43,476 nucleotides of DNA from Chara braunii (GCA_003427395.1 BFEA01000032.1:586328-629803); one strand, 5' to 3'; counted from the stretch's first letter, positions 25,289 to 36,089 are shown. Translations and numbers: made by a program. Notes: generated from the letters alone by a model not told the origin.

Positions 25289-26013
25289 CGACCCTCAAAG
25301 CCTCTTCGGTTGGCTACTTGCTCTTCCCCGAATAGGCGGGCGTACAGGACGTCAGCCACGTGTGCCCAAATTCCTTCAAATTCCCTAAGCCTTTCGAATA
25401 TAGCTCATAACTCCTCTCTCGGGGGAACCCCTGCGTCCACGCACTACGTGTAGAGCCAGTACAAACCCCTAGCGCGCACCCTGGACTCCCGAGCCGCTCT
25501 AAGTACTTCTACTACTCGCTCCTTCGGGTCTCTAAAAAATGAGTCCGTCAAGAATTTGGGAAAGTTCGCGTGACGGACTCCTGACGCGCGAGGGACCTCA
25601 CCGGGCTCGGCGAAGGACACTAGTGTCCACGACTCGAAAGTCCCTTCCTCGTAGTTAGCTAACACTAAGTTGTTTGCCACAAGCCTCGCGGCTTCTCTGT
25701 ATTCAAAATGCATTAGGAGCCCGGTTACCAACCCCCTCCAAACTTCGGTCCACACCTCTTCGTTGAGGAAGATTGTAGCCCGGATCTCTAGGAAACGACC
25801 AAGGTCGGGTGGGCCTCCTCTTTCCACACCTTCCTTCCAAGTGAGTCTTCGAGCTCGAACCCACGCGTAGGCCCCTTCTCTGATCACTCCCCCTTTCTCA
25901 ATGCTCATCCAGTAAGGGGTCACTCGAGGGTCCCCCGGGGTCAAGACTTTCCCTGTGTCACTAGCCTGTATCGACTCTACCGCTCCGTTCTCATTGAGCA
26001 CGAATCTCACCAT
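25285..26013 (-). pseudogene. Accessory family Y member, 242 codons with two premature stops
   Basis: Reading through stops gives LYWLYT*CVDAGVPPREEL*AIFERL, matching LWTLYMHCIDRGIPPRRKLWGIFNRL of 25991..26677. Confidence 0.75.
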
Positions 26014-26677
26014 CTACCGATGTTGTTTTGAAAACCCACCGGTGGTATCTCTCTGGTGAGAGAGCGAAGGGTTTCTCTAAAGACTCCAATCTATTAAAAA
26101 TGCCCCAAAGCTTCCTGCGTGGAGGGATACCCCGATCGATGCAGTGCATATACAGCGTCCACAGGGCCCCGAAGGGTAACCCCAGACTCCTTCCCCTTTC
26201 CAGAAACCTCACTATCTTTCCTTCGTCAGTCCCTTGGAACAGGAAAGACGACACCTTCACAGTTAACGGATAGCACGCCCTCGGAAGCTCTTCCTTTCCT
26301 GCCAACCTCTCCTTCTCTATAGCCGTAAACGCAAATCGCTCTCGAACCCTACTTATCCATCCCTCTCTTATTTCCCTCGCTTCTCGTAACAACCTATCCA
26401 ACCCACCCCCTTGTCCCAGGACCAGGGGCACTATGACCTTCGCCCAAGCCTCGGGGGCTACGAAGATAACCGAGGTTACCTTGAGACACCTCTCACCCTC
26501 TCGGTCCTCAACTTTTTTTGACTCTATCCACACGAACTCTCCGCTCACGGTGGCCTGACCTCCGTCTATCCTTTCCCAATTGGGAATCTCCCTATTGCTC
26601 GGGATCAATCTAAGGGTGTTACTGGCTTCCAAGGAGGACTCGACAAAGCGTCCCTGTTTCCTATCGTGGAACACCAT
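25991..26677 (-). CDS. Accessory family Y protein, 228 aa
   Basis: Intact ORF; GEFVWIES...VIFV...IVPLVLG matches GEQTFIWIES...VILYI...IINLVLG in element 3. Confidence 0.75.
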   Translation of the reverse strand: MVFHDRKQGRFVESSLEASNTLRLIPSNREIPNWERIDGGQATVSGEFVWIESKKVEDREGERCLKVTSVIFVAPEAWAKVIVPLVLGQGGGLDRLLREAREIREGWISRVRERFAFTAIEKERLAGKEELPRACYPLTVKVSSFLFQGTDEGKIVRFLERGRSLGLPFGALWTLYMHCIDRGIPPRRKLWGIFNRLESLEKPFALSPERYHRWVFKTTSVDGEIRAQ

Positions 26678-26681
26678 TCAT

Positions 26682-27005
26682 TTAAAACATTCTCTGAGGC
26701 ACTCCGAAGACCCTTTGGCAGCCGTAATCTCGCCCGCCCTCGCGGTCCCGAACCGATTCCCTAAAAATCCCCGCGCGAATCCTACAGGCTTTGATCCCGT
26801 ATGGTACAGGGTTATCCACGCAGTAGGTGTTGTACCAATGAAGCGACCTAACGGAGAGTTGCCACCCCCTCTCTCGCACTATGGACCGCACAACCCTCTC
26901 GTACCGCTCCTCCTCCCCGTTCACCCTTCGGAAAACGAACGACGGGAATATGGCCCTGATGCACTCTGTGGCGCGAGGGTACGCCTCGTCTCGAGTGCAG
27001 GTCAC
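26682..27005 (-). CDS. Unknown accessory ORF, ~107 aa, start uncertain
   Basis: Stop lies 4 nt before the next ATG; same strand and composition as the cassette; GTG start. Confidence 0.4.
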   Translation of the reverse strand: MTCTRDEAYPRATECIRAIFPSFVFRRVNGEEERYERVVRSIVRERGWQLSVRSLHWYNTYCVDNPVPYGIKACRIRAGIFRESVRDREGGRDYGCQRVFGVPQRMF

Positions 27006-27417
27006 CCTTACCTCAATTGGTGGGCAGTCTCTAAGGGGCTCCGCCTAAAAAATCTGTCTCAATATCGGACCCGCTCGTGCCTCCCAATGATCCGCACGTT
27101 ACCAACCTAGGACTAAGTGAGTGACGTAATCGACCCTGGCCTCCTTACTCAAATAGACAGTTCCCTCCGCACGGACCACCGTTCATCTGGGTCTCTTCCC
27201 GTTCTAGGGCCTGTTCCGGGACCACCTGTCCCCTTCCCAAGTTCCTACAGTGAAACGAGCCCAAAGGAAAACCCCTTGTTCTAACTCTTACCCCCTCTCA
27301 CGGCCGGCTAGATACCTCTCGGTTCAGTGGTCCAAAGGGACGCTAAAGCACTCCCTGTCTTTGCTTAAATCAACTTTCTCTATTCGAACCCCTTCTTCTC
27401 CAGTACCTTCTACGATC

Positions 27418-27783
27418 CTAACCATCCCCTTGGACTATCTCCTCTATGGTTTGAACTAGTGCTCTCCACCCGTCCGATCCGTCTAGGAAGGCTTCCGGAA
27501 TAGAAGGAACAGGCCTACTTCCTCGTGAATACGTCCTACACCCCAACGAGTAGAAGTAGTTAATCTCGTAAGCCCCCAACAGTTGCCTCTCGAGCTGTGC
27601 GTGACCGACCGCTTCCTCCCAGCTATCCAAATATCCTACCTCTCTATCAACACCCTCTTCTGTGTACAAGGCTACGTCGAAATGGCCGGTCCACCAGTAG
27701 AAAGTATAGCACCACACGTCTACCCCACCTCGATCACCCACACTAATTCTCGCAGGTTCAAACTCCTGAGCCCTCAAACTCAT
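27418..27783 (-). CDS. Accessory family X protein, 121 aa
   Basis: Clear paralog of 27800..28138 (GGVDVWCY.F..WTG.FDV, YFYSLG..TY.RG.RP). Confidence 0.75.
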   Translation of the reverse strand: MSLRAQEFEPARISVGDRGGVDVWCYTFYWWTGHFDVALYTEEGVDREVGYLDSWEEAVGHAQLERQLLGAYEINYFYSLGCRTYSRGSRPVPSIPEAFLDGSDGWRALVQTIEEIVQGDG

Positions 27784-27799
27784 GGATTTGCCGTTCTCA

Positions 27800-28138
27800 C
27801 TACCCTCTCCACGATCCCACTAGCACTTTCCAGTCGTCCGATCTGTCGAGATAAGCGTCAGGAATTATTGGCGCCGGACGACCACCTCTGGGGTAGGTTT
27901 GGTATCCTAAAGAGTAAAAATACTTATACTCGTAACCCCTCAATTCCTTCCTCGAACCGCGAGAGTAGCCTATCGCCTCTTTCCACCCAGGAAGCAAATC
28001 CTCCTCTTGATCTAGTCCTTCCTCTACATAGACACCCACATCAAAGTCACCCGTCCATAGTCGAAAAGAGTAACACCACACGTCAACACCTCCGTACGTA
28101 CACACGCTAATCCATTCCGGAACGGCTTCTAAGCTCAT
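27800..28138 (-). CDS. Accessory family X protein, 112 aa
   Basis: Tandem paralog of 27418..27783; both are open and begin MSL. Confidence 0.75.
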   Translation of the reverse strand: MSLEAVPEWISVCTYGGVDVWCYSFRLWTGDFDVGVYVEEGLDQEEDLLPGWKEAIGYSRGSRKELRGYEYKYFYSLGYQTYPRGGRPAPIIPDAYLDRSDDWKVLVGSWRG

Positions 28139-28744
28139 GCAATATAATCAAAAGAAAATTCCTTAAGTCCCTACTTCCTTTTGGCCACTCGAGAGACCAC
28201 CTCTAACCCGCAAGGAGAAGAAGCCTGTGAGCTCAGAAGGATCAAATGGACCAGAGAAGGAACGCCATCTCACTCGGCTACCTTCCTGTCCTTCCCCGCT
28301 GAGAGACCCCTTCCCACCTCCGGTATAGAGACTAGCCGCGGACACAGGTTATCCCCAAGGAAAGGTGGCAACCCCGTCTCCGGAGTCGAACCGAAGTCAC
28401 ACACCTGGGTCCTATGTCCCCCACTGAACCGATCCCTAGTCCTAAGTTAGCCTATCCGGTACCACGCCTCTACTCAGCCCACCTCAAGCGTGGAATTACC
28501 CGGGTCCCAGGACAAGATCCACCTATTTATCAGAAGTCACTAGCCTATCTACTCCCCCCCATTCTCCTCATCGTGAACTCTTCGCACTTCGTTCCCTTCT
28601 TCTTTTTCCGCCTCCTGCTGCCTCTTTCCTCTCTTGGAATCACTGGAATTCAAATCGGGAAGTCAGAAAAAGTGGGGTGGGAAAAGCGAAGCTTTTAGGA
28701 AGAGTCCCTCAGGTTGAGTTGACAAGCATACGTACCTTGAGTCT

Positions 28745-29302
28745 TCAATATTCGTTATCATAATCCCAATAGTCCCCCAGGTCCGAGTCCGAGAAATCGG
28801 CTAGACACCGGTCCACCCGGGATTCGGCCTCCGATCCCTCGTCCAAGGGCCCCCAAGTATCCCCTTCTTCTCTAACCCCCTCGCTAGCAACTGTAGGTGT
28901 GTCTCTCTCTCCCCCTTGCCCCGACACTCGTAGCACCACTCTCCTCACCCCCAAGTCCCCAACCGGTCCCGTTTGAGAGCCCCGCCCTCTTGCGGGAGTC
29001 GGCCCTCGCAAGGAATCCGACATCAGCCCTCGCGGGTCGAGAACCGAAGCCCCAAACCCTTCTCTAGACACCCTCTCTCGTGCAGGACTTTGCCCTCGGG
29101 TAGGTACTCTCCATAACCCGTGCGGATCAAGTATACTCGGCGACCCCCTTGGGTCCCAAATGGATAGCTCCCCCGGACCCTCTCGGACCCTTCTCTCCTC
29201 TCTTCCCCTCGCCCCCTCTCTTTCTTCCCCTTGAGCAGACCCCCTTACACTATTTTCCCGGACGGTTCTTCTTCCCATCCCTTCGTTGTTTTTCACCCTC
29301 AT
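28745..29302 (-). CDS. G/R/E-rich low-complexity ORF with acidic-aromatic tail
   Basis: 185-aa ORF, first in the cassette; repeated S(I/V)(W/L)DP.G motifs; ends DYWDYDNEY. Confidence 0.4.
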   Translation of the reverse strand: MRVKNNEGMGRRTVRENSVRGSAQGEEREGARGREERRVREGPGELSIWDPRGSPSILDPHGLWRVPTRGQSPARERVSREGFGASVLDPRGLMSDSLRGPTPARGRGSQTGPVGDLGVRRVVLRVSGQGGERDTPTVASEGVREEGDTWGPLDEGSEAESRVDRCLADFSDSDLGDYWDYDNEY

Positions 29303-29764
29303 CCAGTCCCCTCAAGCAAACTGTTCACCCTCTTAATTTTAAAATTTTTAGAAATAAACAATCGCAAAAATCAAACACTAAAAAAAGGGAACTAACATGT
29401 TTTACCCTTCGGAGGCCAGGAGCGGGAGCCGAGGCCACAAGCGGGCCGGAGTGGACCTGCAAAAAGCCAAGGAGAAGCCCGATACCCCAAGTCCCCCGCA
29501 CCCAAAAAACAGCCCCGACAACCCTCCCAAAAGAAAAACAAGCCCCAAGGAGTTCCCCCTCCGCTGCTGCCCGAGTGAAATTGGCACTAAGAACCCCCGA
29601 GCGGCCCGAAGAAAAACTCAGTCGTGCCGAAGAGAACGTCGTAGAAGATGCTGATGTCCTGAAAAAAAATTGGTGCCGAAGAAAACCCCTGCCACTACCT
29701 GTCACGCCGGTCCTGCCCTTACCCTGTAGTTGCTGAGTCGGCCGCGGTCGTGGGAGAAACGCCC

Positions 29765-29783
29765 ATCCCCGGCAACGGCGCCA
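29765..29783 (-). promoter_or_regulatory. Primer binding site, tRNA-Asp
   Basis: TGGCGCCGTTGCCGGGGAT, 3 nt after CGACA. Confidence 0.9.
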
Positions 29784-30144
29784 CTTTGTCGCGTCCACAC
29801 CTCCCTCGAGACCCTCACCCGCCCCGGTCGGTCCCGCGGCCCGGTTTCCGAGTGTTACCCTGTCCCGTCGACGCACACCCCCGACCCGGTACCTGTGACC
29901 GTAGGCCCGCGACTCCGACCCCTGTTTCCGGACGGACGGCCAAGGCCCCCTTGTCTCCCCCCCGTTACACCCCCTCTTTTTCCCGCTATGTTCTTTGCGC
30001 AGTTAAGTAGGTCGTCGTGCATTCCCCGCCGGCCCCTTTCCAACTGGTCGGGCGACTAAGCAGGTACGACAGAGCCCAACAGAGTCGGAAACAACAGGTG
30101 CCACAGAGCCCAACAGGGATGGTAACAACAGGATTCAAAGAATA

Positions 30145-30785
30145 GAGGTTCAGGCTCGATATGGACAACAAATTCAAAGAGGACCGAGAGCACGACCTTC
30201 GAACTTGGATTCCCTAACACCACCGAATCTGATCCGGAAAGCCTCCGAACTTGCTTCCACACAGACGCTCTCTGCGCGAACTGTTTATGCAACCCTCTAG
30301 ATCTTCAGAGGTAAAAAAAAAGGAAAGAAGAGAGGTTCAGACTCGACACGGACAGCAAATTCAAAAAGGAACGAGAGCACGACCTTCGAACTTGGATTCC
30401 CTCGTATCACCGATTCTGATCCGGAAAGACTCCGAACTTGCTTCCACACAGGCGCTCTCTGCGCAAACCGTTTATGCAACTCTCTAGATTTTTAGAGGTA
30501 AAAAAAAAAAAAAAAGCAAAGAAGAGAGGTTCAAAATCGACATGGACAACAAATTCAAAGAGGAACGAGAGCGCGACCTTCGAACTTGGATTCCCTCGCA
30601 TCACCGATTCTGATCCGGAAAGACTCCGAACTTGCTTCCACACAGGCCCTCTCTGCGCAAACCGTTTATTCAACTCTGTAGATCTTCAAAGGTAAAAAAC
30701 AAAAAAAAGAAGAGAGGTTCAAACTCGACATGGACAGCAAATTCAAAGAGGAACGAGAGCGCGACCATCGAACTTGGACTCCCTC
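30145..30785. repeat. ~190-bp tandem repeat, about 3.4 copies
   Basis: AGAGGTTCA...TCGACATGGACA.CAAATTCAAAGAGG units near 30145, 30331, 30525 and 30713. Confidence 0.9.
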
Positions 30786-31825
30786 ACATTACTGGCACGG
30801 AAACTGGGGGGAGGAACGAGAGCGCTGACAGCCCGCTCGCAAGAAACCCGGTTCCCAAAGGGGAAGTCTTCCAACCCCGCGGCACACTCGGGGGCCCTCT
30901 AGGCGGCAGCACAAGGTGTGGCGGGCGCAGGACGAAAGACTCATGTTGGACGGAGACGCCGAGCTCAGAAGGGACTGTCAACAAGAGCCTCGAACGTGGT
31001 CTTCGTATGTCGTGTAGATGCGGAGCTTAAAGGACTTCGAACTCCCCTAGGCCAGCTTTTGAAGATTCTTCCGCGACTGACAGTGCCCCCGCCGCATGAG
31101 CGCGTGGCGTTCTCCGAAGTTCAAAAGCAGTTCAAGCTCGAAGCGGTCGCGAACTCGAGAGGGGACCACGAACCCGGGCTCGACGCGTATGTAGGCTCGC
31201 TTTGGAGCCGGGAGTCAGCGCTAGCCTTCGATGGCTGGGCGTCGACAACTTTCCTTCACTCGCGTTCGCCGACCGGTAACCCTTAGGAAACGGTCTTGAA
31301 GTTGGCCGCCTGCGCGCTCGCGATGATTGGCGGATTCTCACTCTCTCTCTCTTTCCTTTCTTGCCGCTCTCTCCTTCTCTCTCTCTTCCTCCTCTCTTGT
31401 TTCCTCCTCTCTCTCTTCTTTCTCTCACTTTCTCTCTCTCTCTCTCTTTCTCTCCTCTTTTCCTCTCCGTCAGCTCCCGCCAGCCGTCGTGCCTAAGCAC
31501 ACTGTTCCCCACTTCCCACCCGAGTCTTGACTCCCCCGTACCCGATCGACCCGTCTTCTCCCATTGCGCACAGGCTCTCCCCTCGTTCTTTGGGCGCGTT
31601 CAAGCGCCGCGAGCGCTCTCCCCCTGTTTGCTCCCTCTTAGGTAGCTCGACGGAGTTCTAAGCTACAGCTAACGTGAGAAACACCCACCATGTACGCGAA
31701 CACCGAAGGTTTCCCTCCTTCCTTCCCAAAGCCCGCTCGCGACGAGCGCTCCCTCGACACCGTGCGTTCAAACACCGCCTTTCCTTCTTTCTGACGATCT
31801 CTACCCCGCTAGGTAAGGTAGCCCT

Positions 31826-31826
31826 T

Positions 31827-31885
<59 letters not shown>

Positions 31886-32139
31886 NNNNNNNNNNNNNNN
31901 NNNNNNNNNNNNNNNNNNNNNNNNNNNNNNNNNNNNNNNNNNNNNNNNNNNNNNNNNNNNNNNNNNNNNNNNNNNNNNNNNNNNNNNNNNNNNNNNNNNN
32001 NNNNNNNNNNNNNNNNNNNNNNNNNNNNNNNNNNNNNNNNNNNNNNNNNNNNNNNNNNNNNNNNNNNNNNNNNNNNNNNNNNNNNNNNNNNNNNNNNNNN
32101 NNNNNNNNNNNNNNNNNNNNNNNNNNNNNNNNNNNNNNN

Positions 32140-32220
<81 letters not shown>
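31826..32220. repeat. (CT)n microsatellite containing assembly gap 31886-32139
   Basis: Directly visible; a degenerate CT tract also lies at 31336-31465. Confidence 0.95.
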
Positions 32221-32224
<4 letters not shown>

Positions 32225-33877
32225 TCCCCTTCGCGCGTGCTCACTGTCCCCTCCCGTTCTCGCGGTGCCGAGCGCAATGCTCCGGAGCCCGCCCGGCGTG
32301 CTGAGTGCAAGCCCGTGCACGTGCCTCGTGCTTCGTCCCTCCTCCCTTCTCCTCTCTCTCTCTCTCTCTCTCGTCGTCTGGCTCGCTGCCGCTCACTACC
32401 CGCGCTTCCATGTGAGCAAGCTCCATGCGCTGTGACCAACGAGCGCTCCTCCTCCTCTCCCTCTCTCCCTGTCTCGATCGCGCATCGTGTGAGTTGACGG
32501 GCCCTGTCCGCTGTAGGTACGCTCCCCGCATTCTTGAGCCTGCCCCCCCTTTATACCCCACCGATCTCGTTTGGTGCTCGTACTTCTTTCTGTGGCCCGG
32601 GGCGTATGGTTCTTAAGGCGGCAAAGGTTGAAATTTTCAATCCATTTTTGAACTTTCGTTCTTCATTTCATACTTCCTCCCACTCCCGCTTTCCCTCTCC
32701 CATCATCCATTCTTGCATGCCTGCTCCAATAGAATCCAATCTACCTCCGATGGTCGGATCGTTCTTAAGCAAGGACCCTCTTCGCTGCGCCTCCGCTGAC
32801 GGAAACCCCCGCTCGTACGTGCGCGCGTAACCTTGCTTGCATGTTTGAACAGTCAAATCTCTCTTTCGCAGCGGGATCCTGATTATTCTTGAAAATCAAG
32901 ATTGCTCCCCGGTCCCCCCCTTTTAAGGCGTATCAGCATCCAACCCTCCTTGTCTGCATTGGTACAAATGTTTCTCCTAATGTTCGGTGAGGGGTCAGCC
33001 ACAGAAACAGTTACCAAGAAAGTCAAGAACTCTCGCTTATTCGTAACTGTTTCGAAGGTGGCCCACGATCTGGCCAGATTACCATCAAGAGCCAGTCTGT
33101 GGCCTCACCATGGCGGAACCACGGACGGTTAAGGCTACAGACTTGGCTAGTCTCTCCGCCTTCCATCATGCTATTCTCCCTTCCCTGGTATTGTCCTGGT
33201 CGTACTCCTTCTTAGTGTCCTTGCTCCTTTTCGATCGCCCATCCCGTTTTTTATGTCCCTTGATCGCTTTCCGCAAGAGCTCAGGCGTTCTTGAATATCC
33301 ATAGGGCTTGACAGTCCGGACAAGCTACCCGCACCTTGTTTTTTGCCAAGTCGCTGCTTCTCCTCGTCGAAACCCCACCGTTGCGGTCCTTGCGCGATCT
33401 ATCGGCCTGGCTACTCCCGCGCCGATCGTTTCGACTCCCTTTACTCAGCACCGAGGTAGGCCCTATGTTGATCGAGCCGACTCGCATCTTGTAACATCAA
33501 CCCCAGATCTCCGGTAGGGTTTACAGTCGCCGGTATTCGCTGGTCCTACCGCTTCCCTCGGTGAGTCTTCTTCGTCAAGGTTTTCTTCCTCGAATCGTCG
33601 GTGACTACCCCCAACACGCATTCTCTTCGCGCGCCTTTGAAAACTCTGACTTTGGGTCCGCTCTCAGCCCTGCTTACGATCCGGCGTCCGCTGCCTGTTT
33701 CCCTGCTTGTTAAACGTTAGCAAAAAAAAAAAAAAAAAAAAACTCTAAAAAAAAACCCTTCAAGGCTCGTCTATTCATGCATCAACCACGCAAAACCAAT
33801 AAAACAACCCAAAAAACAAATCACGATTTTCCCAAAGAGTGCACTCGGCTGGTAGCGCTAACATTTGGAATGAATAT

Positions 33878-34055
33878 GGATGACCCTAACCAGGTTGTCC
33901 GATGGAAATGGATAAGGATGACCCTAACCAGGCTGTCCGATGGAAATGGATAAGGATGACCCTAACCAGGCTGTCCGACGAAAATGGATAAGGATAGCCC
34001 TAACCAGGCTGTCCGATTGAAATGGATAAGAATGACCCTAACCAGGTTGTTCGGA
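33878..34055. repeat. 38-bp tandem repeat, about 4.6 copies
   Basis: GGATGACCCTAACCAGGCTGTCCGATGGAAATGGATAA at 33878, 33916, 33954, 33992 and 34030. Confidence 0.95.
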
Positions 34056-34139
34056 ATGGCCCCTGACAAGGGTCATTCTTTGGAATTGGCACTGGGGTCC
34101 CCTTGCATAGTTGTGTGAGATGGATGAGATTGAGAAGAG

Positions 34140-34390
34140 ATGAGCATTGGAAAATATAATGGACTCAGCTTTGGAAAAAATATCTGACTCAGCTTTGAAA
34201 AAAATATTGGACTCAGCCTTGGAAAAGATATTGGACTCAGCATTGAAAGAGATATTGGATTGAGCCTTGGAAAAGATATTGGATTGAGCTTTGGAATTGG
34301 ATTGAGCATTGGAAGTGGACTGAGCTTTGGGATTGAGATTGAGCCTTGGAATTGGATAGGGCATCGGAATTGAACGAGCATTGGAAATTG
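34140..34390. repeat. 24/18-bp minisatellite
   Basis: Units like AGCCTTGGAAAAGATATTGGACTC. Confidence 0.85.
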
Positions 34391-35344
34391 CATTGCACAA
34401 ATAGGGGACCCTAGGCAACTTGAAATGGACATGGAAATAGCATTGAAATGGATTTCTCTTTTCTTCTAGTCCTTGACCTCAGCAAAGGAGGGTACCAGTG
34501 CTTGCACCGCAACCTCAAGACCTCTACCCCTTTCGGGGGGAAAGTCTCAGCGTGACCTATTCCTCTTGAAAGGGGATGAGGGTTAAAGGACCAAGGCACC
34601 TACCACTTGGATCGGTGCGGGACGTCCGGGACTGACCCCGACAATGAGCTCTAGTCGGGGAGTTCAAATTGCGCCTCGTATTGAGAGCCTAAACGTCAAA
34701 GGGTGAGAGGACCAAATGGGCGAGAGAGTCATTCTTATTCTAGTCTATTTCGTTACTCTCCAACCACACGCCATACCATAGAGGGGTGGCATGGCCGTTT
34801 GGGTCGGACCTCGGCTGCCCGCACTAAGTTGGGCGGCACTGTCCAAGGGGAGGGGCTGGGCGAGGTACCGTGTGGAGGCCACCACCACCACGGAGCACTG
34901 ACACTGCCCTGCCGGAACATTACAACCGTTTCGGGAGTAATTGCGAGGTCTTCGTAACTGCACTCGCGGACTAATAGAGAGTCTCAACTCTCTTGAAAGG
35001 AAGAGGCCGGATCCAGAAAACTACCACTCTGGAGGAACGATTCGCGTGGAAAGCTCTTACGGATAGACGAGGCCCTGGAAGGTTTGGAGTGGATCAGCCT
35101 GCTAGATGTGAGGAGGAACCTCAGTGTTGGTGCTCGCCACGTAATAGTAAAAGGTCGGATCGAGTAGGAGGATGAGGCGCCACCCGCTGGGGAGGAACTG
35201 ATCACTCTTCTCTTGTGAAGCGGATGGGCTTGTGTCCTTGACTGCGGTCGGCGGGTCAAAGGTCTGCGTACCTCCGAGTGAGAACCAGTCGCGCGATGGA
35301 GACATCGCGTTTTGAGGGGGGGGAAGGTGTGTCATCTAACAATA

Positions 35345-35590
35345 AAAACGCATGGAAAAGACTTGTGAAATTGGCTTTGCGTGGGCATGAGAAAACGGGT
35401 CTGGCACGATGCCAGAATAGAAAAGATTTGTGTAATTGGTTTTGCGTGAGCCTGAGAAAAGGGGTCTGGTAAGATGCCCAGAACATAAAAGATTTGTGTA
35501 GTTGGTTTGCGTGGGCCTGAGGAAAAGGGGACTTGCAAGATGCCCAGAAGAGAAAAGACTTGTGTGATTGATTTGGCATGAGCTTGAAAA
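35345..35590. repeat. ~59-bp degenerate tandem repeat
   Basis: AAAGA(C/T)TTGTG...TTGG.TTTGCGTGGGC.TGAG units, about 4 copies. Confidence 0.75.
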
Positions 35591-35882
35591 AGCGTCGGGC
35601 GAGACGTCCGAAAAGGAAAAGACTTGAGAAAATGGCAGGTTGGGCAACGAATGAGTAATTGGCTTGCATGGGCTTGAAAAGAAGGTCTGACAAGGTATCT
35701 AGAAAAGAGATGCATAAGGATGAAATGAGCATTGCACATAGAAAGCAAATTAAGCGAGGGGCAGGAAAGGAAAAAGGGTGATATGCATGCGAAATTGGCA
35801 GGACCTGAGAAAGTCCGGGTAAAATGACCCGGGGGAAATGTATGTGGATTTGGCAAGCATGAACTTCGGGGAAGGGTGACGG

Positions 35883-36089
35883 GAAAACATGGATTGCACG
35901 GGCCGAAAGACCCGAAGGAAAGTTGTATTGAAAGCATTGATTGCATGGGCCGAAAGACCCGAAGGAAAGTTATATTGAAAATATGGATTGCACGGCCCGA
36001 AAGACCCGAAGGAAAACTGTATTGAAAACATGGATTGCACGGGCCGAAAGACCCGAAGGAGAGCTGTATCGAAAATATGGATTGCACGA
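35883..36089. repeat. 47-bp minisatellite, left part (target of element 3)
   Basis: CATGGATTGCACGGGCCGAAAGACCCGAAGG units; the array resumes in register at 42326. Confidence 0.9.

Larger units (their letters stand above)
23158..33860 (-). mobile_element. Element 2: 5' half of a related LTR element (5' LTR, PBS, accessory ORF cassette), interrupted by element 1
   Basis: Perfect tRNA-Asp PBS next to a TGTCG LTR edge at 29787; no gag/pol visible; right boundary approximate. Confidence 0.7.
29787..33860 (-). repeat. 5' LTR of element 2 (right end not resolved)
   Basis: TGTCG edge next to the PBS; TATAAA on minus near 32550; GA tracts; no second copy in the window. Confidence 0.5.

Noticed and set aside
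33884-33891. CCCTAACC as telomeric repeat
   Set aside because: Only about one unit per 38-bp monomer.
33878-34055. 38-bp and 47-bp arrays as CRISPR
   Set aside because: Head-to-tail repeats with no unique spacers, no cas genes, eukaryotic context.
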